Origin: Sulfitobacter sp.
GTDB lineage: Bacteria; Pseudomonadota; Alphaproteobacteria; Rhodobacterales; Rhodobacteraceae
Direction of reading: 5' to 3'
NCBI GenBank assembly: GCA_039967155.1
Contig: JBDVSG010000159.1
Location: 10,020-74,019, forward strand
DNA: 64,000 bases
Part shown: positions 56,536 through 62,277 of the stretch, piece after piece
Layout of the letters: each line of letters begins with the position of its first letter
Position numbering within the stretch: the stretch's first letter is position 1
Position numbers and translations under genes: made by a program
Notes under the pieces: generated by a model
What the model was told of the DNA's origin: nothing
What the model saw: only the letters and a program-made list of their open reading frames with translations
Database searches by the model: none

Positions 56536-57060
56536 TTACGTTCGCGCCACTTCGTATCGCATGATGTGTCGCTCCACAGTACGGAAAATCACATATACAC
56601 CTAGCACGCAAACAATCCAGCTGGCTATGTTGGGTAAAATCTGCAGGCCACTGCTCCATGCGATTTGAGTGCAAAAAACTGATACGCCGCCAAACGCGAT
56701 TACATCAATGATTGCTTGAATTCGCTTGCGCAGCCTTCGCCAGGCCTCCTTTTCAATCTGCGCTTCCCAAACAAGCTCATTGGGATATTGTGCTTTGAGA
56801 AAGTCGCGGATGCCTGATATTTTTACTTCATTTTCTAAATATAAGTGGCCGAGTAGGCTCGCGACGAACGCCAGTATTATCCAAGCATCGACTGGCGATG
56901 CTGGAAGCAATGCGTATCCGCCTAAACCACCGTAAGCTGCAAATGCCGCGTAAAACAGACCATCTCGAAATTTGATCCGATCCCTTTGTTCCGCTTTCAC
57001 TTCCGCAAATTCTGCTAGTTTCCATTCTGTGTTTGCCACCGTAGTTTTATCTCCCGTCAT
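56536..57060 (-). CDS. 4-TM membrane protein, unknown function (first gene of the operon)
   Basis: ORF 56536..57138 trimmed to ATG 57060 (MTGDKTTVANTEW...). Two helix pairs separated by a charged about 45-aa loop. 62 nt upstream of the next gene. Confidence 0.5.
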   Translation of the reverse strand: MTGDKTTVANTEWKLAEFAEVKAEQRDRIKFRDGLFYAAFAAYGGLGGYALLPASPVDAWIILAFVASLLGHLYLENEVKISGIRDFLKAQYPNELVWEAQIEKEAWRRLRKRIQAIIDVIAFGGVSVFCTQIAWSSGLQILPNIASWIVCVLGVYVIFRTVERHIMRYEVART

Positions 57061-58175
57061 GTAACTCTTCCAAACTTTGGCCAAATATCCATAGCATCTT
57101 AACAACCGCGAGATATATTGAATGCATCGCGTCGGCAAAACTGCCTAGCGGACGTTGTTTTAGAGGCCCAAATTGTCATTTTCTGTAGATGGATCAAATA
57201 TCATCCAACGCCATCAATCTATAGTTCATTCAGCCTCTCGGACATAACAAAATGAAAATTTTCCGCGTCTGTCCTCTACCAACCTTATTTCCTTGGCAAT
57301 CAAAAAACGGTCGCTTTGCCCGTCAGGTCACAACATTACGTTTGCGGCTGTTGTTTGGGAAAGCGCTCTGTTCAGCCATTTGAAGGAGAACCGATGGGGC
57401 AGGCAAGTTTGTTGTATTCTGAGGGGCTTGATGGTCTCGATTTCTGTTGAAAAACAAACTACTATGACGTGCTCTGCGTTCACCGGTACATATCAAAAAA
57501 TCAGCCCTCGGGCTCCATCAATAGTTCAACTTCCTCATATTTTGGAGTTCGTTGGTCTCATAGTTTGGTCAATTCCTGAACAAAACCGGATGGATTATCG
57601 GCGAGGCCTCCCCTGGCTCCGAGCATTCGATCTTGGTGCAAATCTTGGTACGTCTTTGAGCGGTGCTAAGTTTCATTTTTCTAGCATTTTACTGCTAAGG
57701 CGTTGAAGCTAAATTGCTTCTGATCTAATTAGAGCTAATGAAAGGGTGAATCTCGCAATCCCTTCGTCTCCGCCCTTTTCAGACAGCCCCTTCACTGCAG
57801 ATCTGCTTTCAAGTTTCCGCCAGCGGTCGTTCGTCTTCTTTGCAACTTCAAACATTGCGGTCTCTTTGCCGCAATCGGAGCAAACACAGAATTCTTGGGT
57901 TCGGCCTCTCGTCGAATGGCGGCTTTTGATGGATCACTTTTGAGGCCGCGCACCCGCAGCGAAGGTCCGGAATCCGCCGTGTTCCGCTGTCCCAGCGAAT
58001 GTCTCCTTCGACAGGCTGTACTGCGGCAATACAAGCGGTAGGCCAATGGACGCAATGGGCCGTCCTCGAAACAGTGGTCCACTAAGCTCACACCTAAACT
58101 GCTCCGTCTCCGCAGCCAATTATCGGCCCAAACGACTGACGCCCCAACTAAGTAACCGCCCTGTTCAAGCTTGTA

Positions 58176-58838
58176 TCAACGCTGAAAACTCACTGGTTTA
58201 GGGTACAAGAGTTCGATTTCTTGCTGTGTTGTTGGAATACCTTCAATCGGCCACCAAAGATGATCCGCATTAGGGATAATCGTCAGAAAGAAGGGCTCAA
58301 CCTGAGTGCTTCTGTCGAAGTAGTTTAGTGCGCCAAAACAGATAACCTGTTCCAATTCGGGATCAAAGAGGAGAACTTGAGGTTTGAATTCAATTTGTAG
58401 AGCAGCGCTTGGAGCAACAATGCTCTCCTTGGTTGACCAGAACTCGACTTCTAAACCGTCATTTTCTTTTGAATGCCCCATGGCATTGTCCAGTCCAAAG
58501 GTGCACCTTAAATTCGAGCCAAAATTTGCTGACTTGTTGCCAAAATTGTAGGCGCTTAGATTGATTATCTTGCGTTCACTATCGAAGTACCCCGAAAGAT
58601 TAACTTCTAAGTCCGGGTAAAACTCATCATAGAAGTCCAATAGTGTTCGACTTCCAAGTGATGCGACGGACAGTAATGCGACTAACAGGGCAAGCGACGT
58701 ATTTGAAATACCAACGTGCCTTCGCCAGTTCTGCCAAGAACCGCATTCCAAGCAGACTTTCTGATCCGTTTTTAGGGAAGAACCACACGCCCAGCAAACT
58801 TTTTCCTTCAACGCTCTTCTCCGAAAATATTGGTTCAT
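58176..58838 (-). CDS. zinc-ribbon / single-TM / beta-rich ectodomain protein, unknown function
   Basis: 220 aa. CWACG...CLECG zinc ribbon, TM helix SLALLVALLSVASLG, then an about 150-aa non-repetitive domain. Confidence 0.55.
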   Translation of the reverse strand: MNQYFRRRALKEKVCWACGSSLKTDQKVCLECGSWQNWRRHVGISNTSLALLVALLSVASLGSRTLLDFYDEFYPDLEVNLSGYFDSERKIINLSAYNFGNKSANFGSNLRCTFGLDNAMGHSKENDGLEVEFWSTKESIVAPSAALQIEFKPQVLLFDPELEQVICFGALNYFDRSTQVEPFFLTIIPNADHLWWPIEGIPTTQQEIELLYPKPVSFQR

Positions 58839-58931
58839 AAGCTATTTGAAATAAAGTCTCATGTGTTGCTGAATAACTGATCACGGACAAAATCACTACT
58901 TCCTTTTGGCCCCAAATCCCGCAGAATAGTC

Positions 58932-59010
58932 CAAAGTCTGCTTTGGTGAGCTGCACCACAGCACCAACCATCTAGGTCAAGGTCAGCTTCGGGCCGTTCA
59001 TTCGATCGTG
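58932..59010 (+). repeat. dispersed repeat copy A
   Basis: caaagtctgctttggtgagctgcaccacagcaccaaccatctaggtcaaggtcagcttcgggccgttcattcgatcg. Confidence 0.55.
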
Positions 59011-59057
59011 AGCGGCAGCGACCCGCAGGAAGCGGCCCTCACGAGGAGTCCAAGTTT

Positions 59058-59903
59058 TCAGCTTCCCTGACTGGCAGCCGCAACCTTCGCTTTCTTGTGT
59101 TCTTGCGCTTCTTTGTTCCGCAAGCGGCTAGCGTTCTTCGCCAACTCCACAGCTGTTTGAAGAAAGATTTCAACCAGCTGAAGCCGGTCTTCTTTGTTTT
59201 CCCAAAGATCAATGGTGGCCCAAAGCACCCCGAGCGTTGTCTTGGACAGCTCGCGTAAATTATACTTCATGTCATCGGGACCGGCCATGTAGCTATTATC
59301 GGTCGCATACATAAGTACATTCCGCCCGTTTGCCATATCGTGAAGATACCTTAGAGCGGCGGCTTCTTCAGAATACATTGCATAGATTTCTTGCGCGAAT
59401 GAATAAACCAGTTCGCCATCAGCACCGCTCATATTAAGAATTTTCAAGGAAGCAGGTGCATAACTGGCTTTGTCTTCATCGTTAAATCGGACAATGATCC
59501 GGTCTTTGTCTTTAGAATATGCCAGTGCGAGCTTGTAGTCCTTACTAACTCTATTAGTCACCTCCGTTAAGACCCAGCTTAGCGCCGACTTGTAACTGTG
59601 ATTACCGATGTTGAATTGATCTGTAAGGTCTGCGTATTGGCCGACGGATGCGCAGCCGACGAATGCCACCACCGCCTCTTCGAGAGCATGTGTCAGGCAG
59701 AACGTGGCCGGAACGCTGAATCTGTATCGTCTATCCAACGATGAGTGGAGCGTCGAAATGCCGCCCGCCCAATACAACGCACTCAAAGCATTGTTTGCAC
59801 GGAACTTAGCTTCATCTGGCAAATCGCCAATTCTGGCCCGCACCCACAATGCCATCTCGCTCTCCACCATGCGGAGCAATTCGGGGTGAATTTTCGTGGA
59901 CAT
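59058..59903 (-). CDS. hypothetical protein (281 aa), no recognised domain
   Basis: Clean ORF with moderate AT bias. Lys/Ala-rich C-terminal tail. Flanked by direct copies of the dispersed repeat. Confidence 0.55.
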   Translation of the reverse strand: MSTKIHPELLRMVESEMALWVRARIGDLPDEAKFRANNALSALYWAGGISTLHSSLDRRYRFSVPATFCLTHALEEAVVAFVGCASVGQYADLTDQFNIGNHSYKSALSWVLTEVTNRVSKDYKLALAYSKDKDRIIVRFNDEDKASYAPASLKILNMSGADGELVYSFAQEIYAMYSEEAAALRYLHDMANGRNVLMYATDNSYMAGPDDMKYNLRELSKTTLGVLWATIDLWENKEDRLQLVEIFLQTAVELAKNASRLRNKEAQEHKKAKVAAASQGS

Positions 59904-60072
59904 TTTTTAGGCCTTTTGAATTTAGAACGCCATTATCATCGCCCGAGAATATTGAAACATCAATGTCATGCGTCGGGCAGCCTCAATTTTTGTCCCAAAG
60001 ACCATGCTACCTAAGGTGCAGCTTCGTCCACACCACAGACCTCGACTTGCCAGTCAATACTGTGAGTTGCGA

Positions 60073-60140
60073 CAAAAGTCTGCTTCGGTGAACTGCGGTG
60101 CGGCATCTGTCGGTGTACCAAACGTCCGGTTTGGGCCGAG
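60073..60140 (+). repeat. dispersed repeat copy B
   Basis: caaaagtctgcttcggtgaactgcggtgcggcatctgtcggtgtaccaaacgtccggtttgggccgag. Same orientation as copy A. Confidence 0.5.
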
Positions 60141-60268
60141 AGTGTAGCTACAGTCCGTATCCCGTAAATTTGCAACCAAACGTAGGTTTCGATGCCGGCT
60201 CAATTATTTGGCTACCGAAATTTGGCCTGATGCTAATTAAAAGTTGTTCTTTTCAAACGGGCGCATAA

Positions 60269-62125
60269 GTGGACTCTATGAAATCAGATCACCGCAAGCG
60301 CCCCTTAAAGTTGCAGCCTTCACACAAGTCTGGAGAAACAGCCATGTCCCTGGTTTCTCGGATCGCAGCAAGTTTTGGCACTGACGCAAAAACCTTTTGC
60401 CTCCACAAGGGCACGTCCTTCCTTCGAGTGATTAGTGGTGACCAGGCCGCGTTCAACAAGTTGAAACGCTTCGGTGTTTCAATTCCGGACGGGGTTCTCT
60501 TCTGGAGCCCTGTTCGAAAGCCGTCGAGTATACGTGAGTTTATAGGCCACCGCTTCCCCAGCAAGGTAATTTTAGGTTCTGAGGTAAGAGGATGCCCGGT
60601 ATGCCTTCGTCAGGATGCTAAGACTTCAGACGCCCCAGCCCATGTAGCAATGACCATGCAGGGGAACTGGTTAGTACCGCATGTCACCCTGTGCCTCAAA
60701 CATCAGCATCCGCTTGTACCGCTCTGGCATGACACGGTCCCTGCTTCACGCTACGATTCCGCACCCCACCTCGAAATCCTCACACATGACGTTTTATCCG
60801 GTTTACTGGATCAGAAATCTCGAGATGCAACAGATTTCGATATTTGGATAGAAGCTCGGCTTTGCGGTGAGCAAGGTAGCGGATGGTTGGATCAAATGCC
60901 CCTCCACCCTGCGGCAAATTTCTGCTTCATGCTGGGGAGCGCGCTTCTGCGTCATGAAATGGAGACCCCGACTTACGCAGCCAAGGAGGATCGTTGGGCA
61001 GTGTATCAGATGGGGTATGCGGTTGCCCGTCATGGACAATCAAATGTGGCGACTGCTTTTAGAAACCTTCAAACACTTCCTGGCGGTCCTCATGACGGTC
61101 CGAAGAAAATTTTTCCGGTTCTCTACGAGAGACTGGCCCACTATTACGCTGATAATGCGGATTACGAGCCGTTCCGGGACCTTCTACGTCAGCATATGTT
61201 AGAAACTTGGCCTTTGGGCGTTGGCGATGAGCTACTTGGTCAGCCGGTCACAGAACGCAAAACTCACTCCGTTCTGACAGCCTCCCGAACCACAGGCATT
61301 GATCAGCGCCGCCTGCGGAAGTTGCTGGCTGCAGTGAACATTGTAAGGGACGCTGAATCAGGTCTATCCGATGCTTGGGAAGTCTTTGATGCTGAGCTTG
61401 CCAAGCCAATTCTGAACGAGCTTTCTACTCTGGTTGATGCAAAGGCCTTTGCTTCCCTAATTGGGGCAACTCGCTCACAGTTTGATAGGCTGGTAAAGGA
61501 TGGTGTCATAAGGCCGGAATTAAGTGGAACGGACCTTAAAACCACCTGGAGTCCTTCTGAGGGGGCCAAATTTTTAGATAGCCTTCGTATGGGTGCTGTT
61601 CAGCTAAGGCATGCAAAACAAAATTGGGTGCATCTCTCGAAATCAGCCCAACGGCTCAAAATTGGCCCAGGCTCAATAGTGAGAGCAATTCAGGATGGCC
61701 AGATCAAAAGAGTTGGCAATCATGTTTGTTTTGTTGGGTACGCCGCAATTTTCGTTGATCACGATGAGGTGGTAAATGTGCTCAGTACCGACGCTCCCGA
61801 TGCGCAAAGTATTGAAATCTTTGCTAAGACCGTTGGCATCAACCAACCAAGCAGAATGCGTCGTCTTATAGCCAACGGACATACGTCTGCCACGGTGATA
61901 CAAAACCCCAAAACAAGAGCTCAGCAAAACTATCTGACAGTAGAGGACGCCGACGCATTTCATTCCAAGTTCATGACACCGCGGACGATGGCCAAGGAAT
62001 ATGGACGCAGCTGGCAAAGTCTTGGCGCAGAGTTAAGGTCGAAGGGTGTAAATCCGTTTTCCCCAAATGGAGAAGTTTATGGCAGCCTATTTTTGCGGAG
62101 CGATGTAGCCAAAGAAATCCAGTAA
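60269..62125 (+). CDS. tniQ: TniQ family protein (Tn7 TnsD/TniQ-type target selector)
   Basis: 618 aa. N-terminal TniQ pattern LQPSHKSGETAMSLVSRIAASFG and zinc-finger-like RGCPVCL...LCLKHQHPL. Long helical C-terminal region. Start could be 60278. Confidence 0.82.
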   Translation: MDSMKSDHRKRPLKLQPSHKSGETAMSLVSRIAASFGTDAKTFCLHKGTSFLRVISGDQAAFNKLKRFGVSIPDGVLFWSPVRKPSSIREFIGHRFPSKVILGSEVRGCPVCLRQDAKTSDAPAHVAMTMQGNWLVPHVTLCLKHQHPLVPLWHDTVPASRYDSAPHLEILTHDVLSGLLDQKSRDATDFDIWIEARLCGEQGSGWLDQMPLHPAANFCFMLGSALLRHEMETPTYAAKEDRWAVYQMGYAVARHGQSNVATAFRNLQTLPGGPHDGPKKIFPVLYERLAHYYADNADYEPFRDLLRQHMLETWPLGVGDELLGQPVTERKTHSVLTASRTTGIDQRRLRKLLAAVNIVRDAESGLSDAWEVFDAELAKPILNELSTLVDAKAFASLIGATRSQFDRLVKDGVIRPELSGTDLKTTWSPSEGAKFLDSLRMGAVQLRHAKQNWVHLSKSAQRLKIGPGSIVRAIQDGQIKRVGNHVCFVGYAAIFVDHDEVVNVLSTDAPDAQSIEIFAKTVGINQPSRMRRLIANGHTSATVIQNPKTRAQQNYLTVEDADAFHSKFMTPRTMAKEYGRSWQSLGAELRSKGVNPFSPNGEVYGSLFLRSDVAKEIQ

Positions 62126-62147
62126 CAGGCTGATATAATAAATAAAA

Positions 62148-62184
62148 GGAACGGAGCTCGCTGCTCCGTTCTTTCTGTTTTTTG
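62148..62184 (+). terminator. rho-independent terminator after tniQ
   Basis: ggaacggagc tcgct gctccgttc(t) stem followed by ttctgtttttt. Confidence 0.8.
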
Positions 62185-62208
62185 CAAACTCAAGCTTTAA
62201 AACAGCTC

Positions 62209-62258
62209 TGCGGAAAACCTATGGTGTGATTCACGGAAAAGGTATGCTGTGACTGACA
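62209..62258. repeat. element terminal sequence (right/tniQ-proximal end), ends ...ACA
   Basis: tgcggaaaacctatggtgtgattcacggaaaaggtatgctgtgactgaca is 50/50 identical to 42451-42500. It contains two cggaaaa sub-repeats, and similarity to the other copy stops exactly here. Confidence 0.8.
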
Positions 62259-62277
62259 GCTACATCAAACCTACCTA

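Larger units (their letters stand above)
61886..62258 (+). repeat. copy 2 (reference copy) of tniQ-3'-end / terminator / element-end module
   Basis: Region shared with 33974-34325 and, from 61972 onward, with 42213-42500. Confidence 0.9.

Noticed and set aside
52327-57060. Classifying the operon as Detocs, CBASS, a retron or ShosTA
   Set aside because: - A PNP or PRTase domain alone is shared with those systems.
- Their defining components are missing from this window: HisKA kinase / Hpt / receiver, CD-NTase, reverse transcriptase plus msr-msd, and a DprA-like partner.
- The GHKL domain has no H-box partner.
57293-57706. 137-aa ORF in the gap upstream of the candidate operon
   Set aside because: - It has no RBS and no motif.
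- Its composition is odd, with Cys/Ser/Leu-rich runs.
- It lies on the opposite strand to all neighbouring genes.
- It is treated as non-coding.
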